This document shows positions 41,687-56,132 of a stretch of DNA of 64,000 bases, one piece after another. Source of the stretch: Paraspadella gotoi (lineage: Eukaryota > Animalia > Chaetognatha). The stretch lies in the NCBI GenBank assembly GCA_051294375.1, contig CM119266.1:12129180-12193179 (forward strand), written 5' to 3'. The position numbers were made by a program, and so were the translations under genes. The stretch's first letter is position 1. Each line of letters opens with the position of its first letter. Below the pieces are notes generated by a model. It saw only the letters and a list, made by a program, of their open reading frames with translations. It was not told the DNA's origin and did no database searches.

Positions 41687-42059
41687 CTAAAGACAAACAA
41701 GGACAGAAGACGCACCAAGCCAAAGAAACAGATCAAAAGGTGGGGGCCAGATTCGGGCCGATGAGAGATTGATTAAAGAAGCTCTCCCCTTGCCCCAGCC
41801 TCTCCCCCCCGCCCTACCCCCTTCCCTCGGCCCTTCCAAAACGAAAAAAAAAAAGTTTAAAGAGAGATCTAATCAGTGGATGAGTGGGACCGATCACGTG
41901 AGATCATCACGTGGGCGTGGCCTCGAGGTGAAAAAAAAAGCATGGAAGGTGGTGACGATGGCAAAAGAAGATGATGAACGACATTGTCAAACGTCGTTCG
42001 TGATACTAGAAAATAAACATTGTTTTCAGAAGANNNNNNNNNNNNNNNNNNNNNNNNNA

Positions 42060-45000
42060 CTGGCAAAACGTTTTTTCAATCGTAAAAAGAGTTAAAAAAC
42101 CCGATAAATCGACTTTCATAAAGTAAAAAGTGAATAAAAAAACGTTAATACAGCGGCAGACGATATTTCCAGAGATAACACTTTTAAAACAAAGAACGCT
42201 TTTTCCCAATGTAAAAAAGAGATAAAAAATTTCTAAACACCGGAAAAACGATGTTTTTCAAAGAAAAAAGAAATAAAAGTTAAATACTTCTGCAAAATAA
42301 CATCATCGAGGTTGTTAAATTGGCGTAGAATGAGGACAGTTATTTAAATATCTTTTTATCAAAAACAAACAAATTCCTCTCTTTTATTTTATTCTCCTTC
42401 TCTCTCTCTTTTTCTCTTTAATTTTAGTAGCTTTTCTCTCACTCTCAATAGATAAAAAAACGTTAAATAACACCAGAGAAACGACTTTTTCTCCTGTAAA
42501 AAGATATGAAAAACTTTAAAAATAACAAGAAAAACGATTTTTTTCCAATGTAAGAGAAGAAATAAAACTTAAAACAAAAACGGCAAAACGTTCCAATGTA
42601 AAAAGATTTAAAAAACACCAATAAACGACTTATTCTGAAAGTAAAAGTAATAAAAATGTAAAATACACCGGCCAGACGATATTTCCAAGAGATAACAAAC
42701 TTTAAAAAAGAAAACGCTTTTCCATGTAAAGATAGAGAGATAAAATTTCTAAAACACCGGAAAAACGATATTTTCAAAAAAAAAAAGAAATAAAAACGTT
42801 AAATACTTCTGCAAATAACATCATCGAGTGTTAAATTGGATGAGGACAGTTATTAATATCTTTTTATCAAAACAAACAAATTCCTCTCTTTTATTTTTAT
42901 GTCTCCTTCTCCTCTCTTTTCTCTTTAAATTTATGTAGCTTTCTCTACTCTCAAAAGATAAAAACGTTAAATCACCAGAAAACGGATTTTTTTCTCTGCT
43001 AAAAAGATATAAAACTTAAAATAACAGAAAACGATTTTTCAAAGTAAAAAGAAATAAAAACTAAAAAAAAAAACCGGCAAAACGTTTTTTCCAATTGTAA
43101 AAAGGAGTTAAAAAACACGATAAACGACTTTTCTAAATAGTTAAAAAGTTGATAAAAACGTTAAATACAGCGGCAGACAATATTTCCAGAGAGACTGAAC
43201 AACTTAAAGAGAACAAAGGAAAAAAAAACGCTTTTATACCAAGATGGTAGAAAAGAGGATAGAGTGTTACCTAAAACACCGGAAAACGATATTTTTTAAA
43301 GAAAAAAGAAATAAAAACGTTAAATATTCTGCAAGTAAACATCATCGAGGTTGTTAAAATTGGCGTGTGGACGTTATTGAATATTATTTTAGTCGCAAAA
43401 AAAGCAAATATTGCCTTTCCTCTTATTTTTATGGTACTGTCTCCTTTCTCTGCGTCTCTTTTCTCTTTTAATTATTATGTAATTGCTTTCTCTTCACTCT
43501 CAAAAAATTAAAATGCTCACAGTTCTAAATACAACCAAGAAAAACGACATAATTTCTCTCTGTAAAGAAGTATTGAAACTCTTAATAATATACAGACAAG
43601 GACGATTTTTTCAAATGTTAAAAAGAAAGGTGAGGAGAGGAGGGGAAGGAGAGGGTAGGAGAAAATTAATAGGAGGAGGAAGAGGAATGAAATGGGGAGA
43701 GGATTTTATGAGAGCAGGACTAAAGGCAACACAGAATATTTAGGAAGAAGACAGCATAATAATTTCGGAAAATGGGAAAATTGGAAAAAGAACGCAACGT
43801 TTCCCTTCTGAACGCGGTTGGCGACGGGCTTAATTATGAATTTTTTTTTCCCTTCTAAATATAAGTGTGTAGTAATTTTGATTAGGTTGTTCGTTTTTTA
43901 TTTACTTTAAACTATAATTTACATTGAACCGGAAAATTATTTGAGAAAAATCTTTGATTGTTGGAAACTCGGTGCACAAAATTTACAAGTTGCAACAATT
44001 GAGAAGCATTCATTTTAAATATACAGGGCGTTTTAGAAGTAAAATAAGTACAGGGCGAGGAAAAGGGAGGAGAGGTTTTTTAAAATTATCCGTCGCGCGA
44101 ATCGAAAGGCGTCGGACCGAAGAGAGAGGAAAAGCGCTGAGAAAGGTGTTGGAGGGGCGGCCGGGGGGGGGGGAGGAGAAAAAACCTTTGAAAAAATAGT
44201 AAACAGAATAAACAGAACGGGGAACGAGGAATAACAAGTAGGGAAGAGAAGAGGATAATGGGGCAGAAAACAGCCCGAGGAAAAAGGAAGAGAGAGAGAG
44301 AGAGAGAGAGAGAGGGAAGAATTAAAAACTTAAAAAAAAATGGCAAACGTTTTTTCCAATGTAAAAGTGTTAAAAACACCGATAAACGACTTTTCTAAAG
44401 TAAAAGTGATAAAACGATTAATACAGCGGCAGGACGATATTTCCAAAGAGAATAACAACTTTAAAAACAAAGAAAAACGCTTTTCCAATGTAAAAGAGAT
44501 AAAAAATTTCTAAAACACCGAAAACGATAATTTTTAAAGAAAAAGAATAAAACCGTAATTACTTCTGCAAATAAAATCATCGAGGTTGTTAAAATTGAGT
44601 GAGGACAGTTATTAAATAACTTTTTATCAAAACTAACAATTTCTCTCTTTTTTTTTTTATGTCTCTTTCTCTCTCTTTCTCTTAATTTTATGTAGCTTTC
44701 TCTCACTCTCAATAGATAAAAAACTTAAATACACAGAAAACGACATTTTTCTCTGTACAAAAGTATATGAAAAACTTTAAAAAAATAACAGAAAACGATT
44801 TTTCCCAATGTAAAAAAGAAATAAAAACTTAAAAAAAAACGGCAAACGTTTTTTCCAATGTAAAAGAGGTAAAAACACCGAATAAACGACTTTTCTAAAG
44901 TAAAAAGTGATAAAACGTTAAATACGCGGCAGACGATATTTCCAAGAGATAACAACTTAAAAACAAAGAAAAACGCTTTTTCCATGTAAAGAGATAAAAA

Positions 45001-48000
45001 TTCTAAACACCGGAAAACGATAATTTCAAAGAAAAAAGAAATAAAAACGTTAAATACTTCTGCAAATAACATCATCGAGGTTGTTTAAAATTGGGGTGAG
45101 GACAGTTATGAAATATCTTTTTATCAAAAAAAACAATTTCCTCTCTTTTATTTTTATGTCTCCTTCTCTTCTCTTTCTCTTTAATTTATGTAGCTTTCTT
45201 CACTCTCAATAGATAAAAACGTTAATACACCAGAAAACGATTTTTTCTCGCTAAAAAGATATTGAAAACTTTAAAAATAACAGAAAAACGATTTTTTTTA
45301 ATGTAAAAGAAATAAGAACTTAAAAAAAACGGCAAACGTTTTTTTCCAATGTAAAAAATATAAAAAAACACCGATAAACGACTTTTCAAAGTAAACAACT
45401 GATAAAAACGTTGACACAGCGACAGACGATGTTTCATAAGAGGATAACAACTTTAAAACAAAGAAAAAACGCTTTTTCCAATGTAAAAGAGATAAAAATT
45501 TCTAAAACACCGGAAAACGATATTTTCAAAGAAAAAAGAAATAAAAACGTTAAATACTCTGCCAAATAACATCATCGAGGTTGTTAAATTGGTGAGGACA
45601 GTTAGTATAAATATCTTTTTTATCAAAAAAACGAGATTTCCTCTTTTTATTTTTATGTTCCTTCTCCTTGTTTTCTCTTTAATTTTTTATGTAGCTTTCT
45701 CTAACTCTCACAGATAAACGTTAAAATACACCAGAAAACGAATTTTTCTCTGTAAAAAGATCTGAAAACTTATGAAATAAAGAAAACGCATTTTTTCCAA
45801 GTAAAGAACAATAAAACTTTAAAAAAAACGGCAACGTTTTTTCCATGTAAAAGAGTTAAAAAACATCCCGATAAACGACCTTTTCTAAAGTAAAAAGCTA
45901 GATCAAAAACGTTAAATTAGACCGGCAGACGACATTTCCAAAAAGATGAACAACTTTAAAAAACAAAGAAAACGCTTATTTCCAATGTAAAAAGAGAAAT
46001 AAAAAATTTCTAATAAACACTGGAAAAAATATTTTCAAGAAAAAGAAATTAAGAAACGTTAAATATTCTGCAGAATAAACGTACAATAGGTGTTAAAATT
46101 GGCTAATCAGTTGGGTACAAGTTATGTAAAGTATCTTATTTTAGATCAAAACAAAACAAATTTCCTCTTCTTTGTATTTTTATGGTCTCCTTCGTCTCTC
46201 CTCTTATTCTCTCTTAGTTGTTATCGTACGCTTTCTCATCATCTCTCAAAAGATAAAAAACGGTTAAATATCAGCCAGAAAACGACACTTTTTCTTTGTA
46301 ACAAAGATATGCAAAACTTTAAGATAATAACAGAAAACGATTTTTCCATGGTAAAAAGAAATAAAAAACTTAAAAAAAAGAAACGGGCGAGAACGTTTTT
46401 CCGCAATTGTTAAAAGAGTTAAAAAACACCGATAAACGGTTTTCTAAAGCTAAAAAGTGATAAAACAACGTTAAATAAACGCGCAGACAATATTTCCAAA
46501 AGAGATAACAACTTTAAAAAAACAAGAAGAAAAACGCTTTTTCCAATGTAAAAGAGAGATAGATAAAGAATTATTACTAAAACAAACACGAGGAAAACGG
46601 TATTTTATAAAAGAAAAAAGAAATAAAAACGTTAAAATACTTCTGCAATAAATCATCGAGGATTGCTTAAAATGGGCGTTGAGCGCAGTTTATGTGAAGT
46701 GATCTTTTATCAAAACTAAACAAATTTCCTCTCTTTTATTATATGTCTCCTTCTCTCTCTCTTTTAGTCTTTAATTTTAAGTAGCTTCTCTCACCTCTCA
46801 ATAGATGAAGAACTGTAACATACACCAGAAAACGACTTTTCTCTGTAAAGAGATATGAAACTTTAAAAATAAAGAAAACGATTTTCCCAATGTAAAAGAA
46901 ATGAAGAACTTTAGAAAAAAAAACGGCAAACGTTATTTTTCCAGTGTAAAAAAACTATAAAGACAAACACCGATAAACGACTTTTCTAAAGTAAATAAGT
47001 AATAAAAATGGATAAAATTACCACACGGCAGACGATATTTCAAAAGAATGAGATAACAACTTTAAAAAAAGAAAAACGCTTTTCCAATGTAATAGTAGAT
47101 AAAAAAATATCTCTGAAAACACACCGGGAAAACGATTTTGTTTTAAAATGAAAAAAGAATTAAAGCTTACAATACTTCTGCAAAATGACATCATCTCCAG
47201 GTTGTTAAATTTGGATACTAGGAAAGTAGAAGTGGAACAGATTATCGAAATAATCTTGTTTTATATCAAAACATTAGTTTCCTATATTTTATTTTATATT
47301 AGTCCGCCTTCTCTCTCTCTTTCACTCATTGAAACTCTCCACTGGTAGCATTTCTGTGCACTCTCTTCCAATAGAACGGATAAGAGAGTTAAATAACCAC
47401 GGAGAGAACGACGCTTTTCTCTCTAAATAAGATATTTTAAATATACTCTTTTAAAAATAACAGAAAACATTTTTTTTCTAATGCTAAAAAGAAATAAAAT
47501 CATAAAAAAAAACAGGAACAACTATATTTTCAATGTTAAAAAAAAGTTAAAAAGCACCGATAAAACGACTTTTTCTAAGTCATAGTATATATAAATATAC
47601 GCGTTTTCAAATACACCGGCAGACGACTTTTCCTCAAGATATCGTGTGTGAATGTGGCAAAAAACGCTTTTTCAATGTAAAAAGAGATAAAACAATTTCT
47701 AAAACACCGGACACACGATATTTTAAAAGCAACAAAAGACCAATAAAAACGTTAAATACTTCTGCAAATACATCATCGAGTGGTTGTTAAATGGCGTGAG
47801 GACAGTTATTGAAATATCTTTCGTCTATCAAAACAACCCCACTTTCCCTCTCTCTTTCTTTTTACTTTTTATGTTCACTTTTTCTCTCTCTCTGTAATTT
47901 ATCTCCTAGACTTCTCTCACTCTAAACTAGATAAAACGTTTAAATACACGAAAACGACTTTTTCTTTTGTAAAAAAGATATGAAACACTTTTCTCAAAAA

Positions 48001-48020
48001 TAACCAGAAAACGATTTTTT
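42060..48020. repeat. Tandem satellite-like array, ~10 units of ~490-590 bp, each with ~7 internal 40-50-bp sub-repeats
   Basis: Unit starts (ggcaaa(a)cgtttt or degenerate versions) near 42062, 42582, 43076, 44342, 44841, 45331, 45829, 46387, 46925 and ~47514. The landmark catcatcgagg-ttgttaaattgg recurs about once per unit. The array is interrupted at ~43625-44320. Confidence 0.9.
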
Positions 48021-48146
48021 CATCCTCCCCTGTTTCCCCTTCGAGTGAGACCACGAGGGAGTTTTTAACCGAGATGTCGTCGCTCGACGCAGAGAGAGAG
48101 GGATCGGGAGCGAGGAGAGAGGAGAGAGAGGAGAGAGAGAGAGAGG

Positions 48147-48185
<39 letters not shown>

Positions 48186-48486
48186 GAGAGAGAGAGAATG
48201 CTTGTAGTCGATTAATGAGACGGGGCTTGAGAGAGTGAGAACGATTGTAGAGTGCTTTTTAGAGGCAAGTTTGATTGTTGATATAAGGGTGATAAGGAAA
48301 CCATATTTAGTCTATGTTTTTATTTAAAAGTCCCTATTGTAATTATTTCTTTATTTTTCCTTTTTTTTTATTAATTATCTATTTCTATCTAATTTTAATT
48401 AGGAGTTTCGGAAGGAAGTAAATGGCAAAATTGCGCATTGTAGTTTTCACGGATCTGCATTAAGCTAATCCGACTGCTATAATCAC

Positions 48487-50776
48487 TTTTTATAACTCAT
48501 TTTTTCGGTTCCGTCGGTCCGCCCCTCAATATTGTCGGGCACACACTTATATCATGTCAGACATCGAATTATGTAAATTATGCAAAAAAAATGATGTCCG
48601 TCGGTCCGTTCCTTGTCTGTCCGTCCGTCCGTCTACGGTTCCGTCCGTCCGTCCGTTTCCACCTTAGCCAAACACCAATTACTCGTAATGGATTGGATTG
48701 GATTTTAATGTGAAAATTTTGTGTGTGGATACGGTAACGTGTGTGATTGAGTCTGGATATTAAGTTTCGCCTTGGAATCGGTCCCGAGTGCAAATTGAGT
48801 TTTAAATGGAAAAAAAACAAAAAAAATATATTCACTATTTGAAACACCAACTTGCTCTATGATGTGGATGGGCTGATTGACCTGCGATTTGTATGTGGGT
48901 TTAGGAAAGTACAACGTATGTTTAAGTGTGTGATTGTTGAACAGGAAATCATTTTTCGATGGAATTAGTTTGAGTGGAAATGAGTTAAGAAAAAAAACAA
49001 AAACCTTTTACTAATTGATTATGCTTTTCTTATTTCCTTTTATATTAAATGTATTCTCGATATGTAATTAATAAATCAAATAATTAATCAGTTTAATTAT
49101 CATTTAGTAAATATAAATTTAATCAATAATTAATTATATATTTTAGTCAATCAATCCGTCCATCCGTCCCATTCTTAGAAAAAAGCTTCCAATAAACTTC
49201 GTTGATTGGCTGGTTGGATTGGAATTTTATTTTGATGGGTGGTAGGAAAGTGTCCTACTGTGTGCATTAAAGCTGGATATAAAATTTCGATGGAATCGGG
49301 TGTGGAAGTGGAATGTTTTAAATCGGGAAAAAAACATAAGTCGAAATTTCTAAAATCTTTTTTACTTATTTTTAACCAATAAAAATACTCCATTAATCAT
49401 AATTGGGAAATGGATAGAATTATGATGGTCTTTTGAAATTTTGTGTTCTGGTACGGAAACGTAACTTATGACGAAGCTTGATATAAAGTTTCATGAAAAC
49501 GTTAACCAGTTGGAAATGAGTTTAAATTGAAAAAAAAAAATATGAGTTCACATTTACCTTTTGAATCGTTTTTATTTATTTTAACCCATGATAGATTGAG
49601 ATGAAAATTTTTTGTGAGCACGGATTAGGAAAGTGAGTTGATAGAAGCTAGATATTAAAGTTACGCGAATGCCAAGTTTTGAAAAAATGATGCATACATG
49701 TTTTAAAAAAATCTTAAAAGCATAAGGATCGTCGCTATTGCATAAAAGGAGAGAGAGAAGAGGAGAGAGAGAAAGACCGAGAGTAGATAGGAGAGAGAGG
49801 AAAGAGGAGACTCAAGTGAGAGATTTGAGAGAAGGAGACAAAAATAAAAAAATCTTAAAAGACTCAGATCGAGGCCAGGAGCCACTATCATCTAGAAAGA
49901 AAATTATGAAAAACCGGCAGAAAAAACGATAACACATGAATCATGCGATAACGAATTGTTGATGTATTAGTAATTGATGACGGTATTTACAATTGATTGA
50001 CATGTAATAGTAATTTTTTGATTGGTAATTAGGAATTTGATTATTGATTCTCGATGATAATCAATTATTGATTGCGATGATTAGTTCAGTTCACTGCTGT
50101 GATGTAGTCATTAGTGATGCGATGATTGGTATTCATTGATTCGTATGTTGTCATTCATTGATTGCGATGATAGTCAATAAAACAAAACAAATGCGGGGTA
50201 TGGTGAAAATAGATGAGAGAGAAGAGCTGGAGGAAGACTGAGAGAGAGAAGAAAGAGAGAGAGGACGAGGAATGGAGAGAGAGAGGAGAGAGGAGAAAGA
50301 TAGAGAATAAATCACGAAAATCTCGGATGAAAATATGGATTTTTGTATTTGAAAAAATGCGCGGAATAAATGGCAATTAATAAAAAGTTTTCTGAAGGAG
50401 AAAAAAATAATCAGAATTTTTCAAAAAAACAAACGATCACCAAAAGATTCGGAACAGATGGAACAGACACACACATAGAGACAGAAGAGACAGAGAGGAG
50501 AGAGAAAAAAAAGATGAGAGAGGAGAGACAGCCGCTCTTTGCACTGAGAAAAGGAGGAAAGAGAAAGAGCGATATATAATAATTAAAAGAGAGATGAGAG
50601 AGGAGAAGTCTACGCCCTTTACTCGGGATTTAAAGAATCAGCAGTACTTCGATTGGCGCCGCACGTAGGCAGTGAAGTATTCCTTCTACCCAAAGGGACC
50701 GGGTTCGCACGTTCAGTGGGCACTCGTTTTTTACATTAGTGAAACCCACATTATATCTAAAAAAATTTTTGTTTTT

Positions 50777-50816
<40 letters not shown>

Positions 50817-51160
50817 AGAAAGAGCTGGACAGACGCTGCAGAGCCGGAACTTCGTTTTTAGAAGGAGGAAGCAGGACGGAAGAAAAAAGAGAGAGATGAG
50901 GAGAGGACATATTATAATCAAAACGGTTTGTTTTTGATAAATAAAAACATAAACAAAATACAATATTGATATGAAACCATTGAGAATTTTAAAGATCTTG
51001 ATGAATTAGAAGCCAGTATATGAAAAATTCACTCCCTATGAATATCACACTTTCAGAAGCCATGATTGCAAAAAAGCGGACCGAAAGCTAAACCGAAAAA
51101 AATCTAGACAGGGAACGGGCTTTGCCCGCCTGGCTCGAAATAGAGGATATTGGTTGTTTT
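48487..51160 (+). mobile_element. Non-autonomous Helentron-associated element (HINE / DINE-1-like)
   Basis: Starts TTTTTATA. The 5' subTIR attttttcggttccgtcggtccgc (48499-48522) matches in inverse gcggaccgaaagctaaaccgaaaaaaat (51076-51103). There is a (GTCC)n tract at 48596-48657 and degenerate central repeats at 48690-49690. A 3' hairpin cgggc-ttt-gcccg (51116-51128) is followed by TTGTTTT (51154-51160). This is the order known for DINE-1/HINEs. Confidence 0.65.
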
Positions 51161-51526
51161 GGATAAATGTAACAAAAATTTAATAACTGTCCTGACTCAA
51201 TTTTTAAGGACAATCGATGATGACAAGCCTGAATTATAAATTATAATAATCATTTAATATATTAATTAATAATTATAATTAAGTTATCTAAATATTAATT
51301 AATTATCAATTAATTAATTTATTATTTCGTAGGCGATCCGAATTGTTTGCTCAAACTTGTAACAAAAGGAAGTATTGAATAGTACATATATGCCATAATT
51401 AAAAGAGCAAAGAAAAGCAGAAAGAGTGGATTTTATATAGAAATTTTTATTTGTCTTTATTCTTTTTTTTCCGAAAAAAAAAAAGGGGAAAAAAGCGACG
51501 GAGGAAACATTAGAGAAAGAATAGGA

Positions 51527-52470
51527 TCTCCCTTCTTCTCCCTTGATCTTTTAACTCTTCCTACCTACCTTCAATCTCCTCTCTCCCTCCTCTTCCTCCC
51601 TTCCTCCTCCTCCTCCATTTGCTTTCCGTTCGTTTCATTTCCCATCTGCATTCGTTTCGTTCGTGCGCCTTTCTTTCCTTCTTTCCTTTTCCTCCTTTTT
51701 CCTCCCTCAGAATCGTAAAGCGCCATATCTTAACGGCCTCACCTTTTGCGATGTCGTTATTTTGATGATTTTTACCGGGAAAGGAATGGAGAGAAGCGCG
51801 AGGAAATATTGGCGGGTTTTTATTTTTATTTTCTCGATAGTCGAAAATGTACATTGACAATACATACGTACATGATACGAACAACTAGCTCGTACCTGGT
51901 TTTAAAATGAAATATTTAAAATCAACCTCACTAATAGTAACAATAATAATAGAAGAGGTAATGAACCTAATTTAAGGAGTTGACTATAAAACAAATCGTT
52001 TTGCTTCTAACTCTCGGCCAAATTTTCAAACCAAGCCATCACGATCGTACTGACAAAACCTTTACTGTCTTTTCCATCATCTATACTTTATTAACTAATA
52101 TATAACTTGTATATGATTTCATGGCTTTCTGTATTTACTCCGTTGCGTCATTTTTACCCGACGTCCGCATTGTTCCGTCTAGAATTTCCATTGCGATCCC
52201 CTCGTTCGAGAATCGCTTTTAGGATCTCCCAACCTCCATTTGTCTCTTCTCGGTCACGAGTTGTGACTTTTCTCCTCCCATCTTTCACGCCCCTCACACT
52301 ACTTCTTCGCTCCGGTAATATTCTCTTTCTTTTTTTTTAGTACTTTTCTTCTTTTTTTTCCTTTTCTTTCCTTCCTCTTATTTTCTCTCTTATTTCTTTC
52401 GTCTTCTTCTCGTTTCCATTATTCTATCCGCTCTTTTTTTCTCTCTCTCTTTTCTCCTTTTCAACAACAT

Positions 52471-52560
<90 letters not shown>

Positions 52561-53217
52561 AAACGATTCATTCTGTTTTAATGCAAGGCGCGGCGAAGCA
52601 AACTCTCGATTGGCAAATAACTTGTTTTTTTTTTCTTTTTCTTCTTTTTCTTCTTTTTTTTTAAAATTACATCCGGAATTTTTTTCCTTTACTCTTTACA
52701 TCCGGGTTTGTCGCTTCGACTAAATCTTCGTTAGAGTCGGGAACGAAATATTAATTATTGTGTGGCCATGACAACCCCTTCAGTTTCTTTTTTTTTCCAC
52801 AACTGTTCCGTCGAGTTCAATGTCACGTTCATTCTCTACTTTCTCCTTCTCTTCTTTTTTCTTCTTTTTTAAAATTTTACATTATCCAGTCTTTACTTTT
52901 TTTTCAACTTCGCTTAACAATGAACGTAGTCACAAAGCTACTGCTTTAGTGTGATTATATCAAGTACAGTTTCTAATTTCTTTTTATATTCCTTTCTTTT
53001 GATACTTTGACCTTTCATCCTACTTTTAAATTCGTTTCTTTTTCCTTTATTTCAACTTTGTTTTCCTTTCTCCCTTCCTTTTCTTTCCTTTCTTCCTTCC
53101 TTTCCTTTCTGTCCCCTCGCCTCCATTCCACTCCGTTCCATCTCCAAGTCTCTCTGAAACATTTGCTTGTCGCCTTCCTCCTTCAGACGCTTTATCATCT
53201 TCTTCATTCAACTCACT

Positions 53218-53301
<84 letters not shown>

Positions 53302-54910
53302 ATACTTTGACACGCTCTTTGCTCGCGCGAGTCCTTGCTCTTCAAACATCGTCAAAATCTATCCGCGACGGGAAATTATGATGGAGAGCGCATCGAGTCT
53401 CGGAGAGAGAGCGCTCTATCGAAGGATGTGGGGGTGGAAAGGGGGAGGGGCGGCGGGGGGCGCTCTCGGTTCCGATGATTAATGCGCGTAAAACTGAAAA
53501 ATGAAAATGAAAAAAAGATGAGACAATTACGACGTTTGATTGAAGAGAACGAGAGAGAAAAAGAGAGTGAGAAAAGGAAGGGGAAAAAAGGAAATGGCAA
53601 AGTTAGAGGTAAATTGTAAAACGCTTAATATTAAATCGAATTTAACTTTAAATTTTTTTTCAATTTTGATAATAGGATAAAACGTCAACATTTTTTTTAG
53701 CTCTAAGTATTTTTTAATCTCGTCGTCGTTGTCGTCGTCGTTGTTATTTTGAATTAGGTCGATGCGTAATTATCAGGGAAAACTTCCGGGAGCGTGAATT
53801 ACGTGCTTAAAGCAGAGGACTGTTGTTTAGCCCATATCTCTCTCTCTCTCTCTCTCTCTCTTTCTCCTTCTCTCTCTCTCTCTCATCTCTCTCCTTCTCT
53901 CTCTCTCTCTACTCTCTCTCTCTCTCATATCGTCATATTTTCCATCAGACGCCCATTTGCTCATGTGCTCCCGCGTATTTCTCTCACGATGAGTCTTCTC
54001 CTCATTTGTTTTTTTTCCTTTTTCTTTTAAAAACTCGCGTTCGCCTTCCTTGCACAGTCGCCCGCTTTGGTAAATGTTTGTCGATCTTCGTCCTTACTCC
54101 TTTTCTATTAATTCTTCTTCTTCTTCCTGCCCTCCTCCTCCTCCTCTTCCTCCCTCCCCTTTTCCTACCACCCTGCTCGGTTCACTAACGCTAATTAACC
54201 TTTGCTTTAACCTTTTAAAAACCCGGCGGCACTCGAATTGGTCTTTTTATGCTATAATTGCTGTGATCTTCGCCTTACCAATGCCTTCCGCGCTTCATTA
54301 CTTCAGTTTTATATTCATACGTAATTACGTAGATGATTACAAAATTTACATGAACATTTTGAAAAAGGCGTAATATATATTATTATATTGTAATAGAGCA
54401 GACACAAACAAGTAAATACGTAAATTGCCAAGAAATGATAAAAAAAAAATTTAAGATTTGTAAAGACAAAAAAAGAAGAAAGAAGAAAAGAAAGAAAGAA
54501 AGAAAGAAGAAGAAGAAAGAAAGAAAAGAAAAAAGAAAAGAAAAAGAAAAGAAAATGAAAAGAAAGATTTGAAAGATGAAAAAGAAAACGAAAATGTTTG
54601 TGAGTATTTTGAGACAAAAAAAAAACAAAAGGCAAGAATACTTCTGTTTACTCTCCGATTCTCTCCCGCCGAATGTGTCGCCCGAAATCGAAATTCAAAA
54701 ACGAGCGGAAAGATTTTCTTTTTTTTTTCTTTCGTTCCTTGTTTCTTTTAGCTTTTTTGCTTTTTTAGTTATTTTTTTTTAAAACTGTTTTCTCATGAAA
54801 GAAAAAACATCAGGAAACTGGATAAAGAATAAAAGGATTAGTTAAAAAAGGTGTAAAAAACATGACGTTAATAGAAACAAAAGAACACTGAGAAAAATGA
54901 GAGAGAGAGA

Positions 54911-54946
<36 letters not shown>

Positions 54947-55722
54947 TAGAGAACTAGAGAAGAGAGAGAGGAGAGAGAGAGAGAGGAGAAGGATAGAGAG
55001 AATGGAGAGGAGGAGATGATGCTGGATGAATAATGGAATTTTCAGTTTTAACATAATTTTAAAAGATGAACAAGAACGGTGCATAGCGATTTAAATAAAA
55101 ATTTTTTTGTGTTTTTTTGATTTAATTAATCAATTCATTTTCTTTCGAGGCCCATGCGACTTCTATTGCGTGAGTTTTTATTGTGACTTTTTAAGAGAAT
55201 ATTTTCATTCATCAAGTTCATCGTTTGTTTGTGTAGCAAACAAAAACAAACTGAAGTTATCCGCTACGTTGTCGAGCGTTCGAAGGACCGTCCACGAATC
55301 CTCAATGTTACCAACTAACGTCGTCGTGTTCATCGTCGTCGTCGTCGTCTCAGTATTTCGTCTTCGTTATTGTTGACAAAAGGGGAAAGACGATGTTTGA
55401 TGAATCAATCAAAGAGGGAGCGAGGTCGCCCGGCTGCCGGAAGAGACCGGAAAATGAAAGGAAATAAAAGAGGGAGGAAAAAGAGTCTAGGGTAGCGAAA
55501 AAGGAAAAGACCACAGTGACAAATAAAAAAGAGGAAAGGAAAGAAATAGAGAAAGGGAATGATCTGAGAAAGGACGCGAGAAAAGAGACGTAGGAAGGAA
55601 AAGAAAGGAGAAAAGACGTGAAATGGCAAAGGAAGAAGGGGATGAAATTTTACGTTTTTGTTTTTTTTTTCTTAAGGGGAAAAATGAAGGCATTTACTGG
55701 AGTGGCCAAAATATATGTGTGG

Positions 55723-55770
<48 letters not shown>

Positions 55771-56067
55771 AGAGAGAGAGAGACGAGAAGGAGATAACAA
55801 GGGAGAGAGAGCATTGAAGAACAATGGAAAACTCTGGCCGTTTCGTATCTCGATGGATCCGAAAATGAGCGAAGGAGGAAAGGACTGGTGGAGAGAAGAG
55901 AGGGGAGGAAGAAAAGAGGAGGAAAGGGAAAACAAATGAATTATTAATCGTGAAGTGGGCGTTAAATTGAAGGCGGTCGGTCACGGCGGCTCCGAGAGAA
56001 CTAAGATGGGCCGTTAGGGCGCGCCAGCGGAAGTGGGCGTGGNNNNNNNNNNNNNNNNNNNNNNNNN

Positions 56068-56132
<65 letters not shown>

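Noticed and set aside
42060-48020. CRISPR-like repeat-spacer array
   Set aside because: Whole units repeat, with no unique spacers and no cas genes, in a eukaryotic context.
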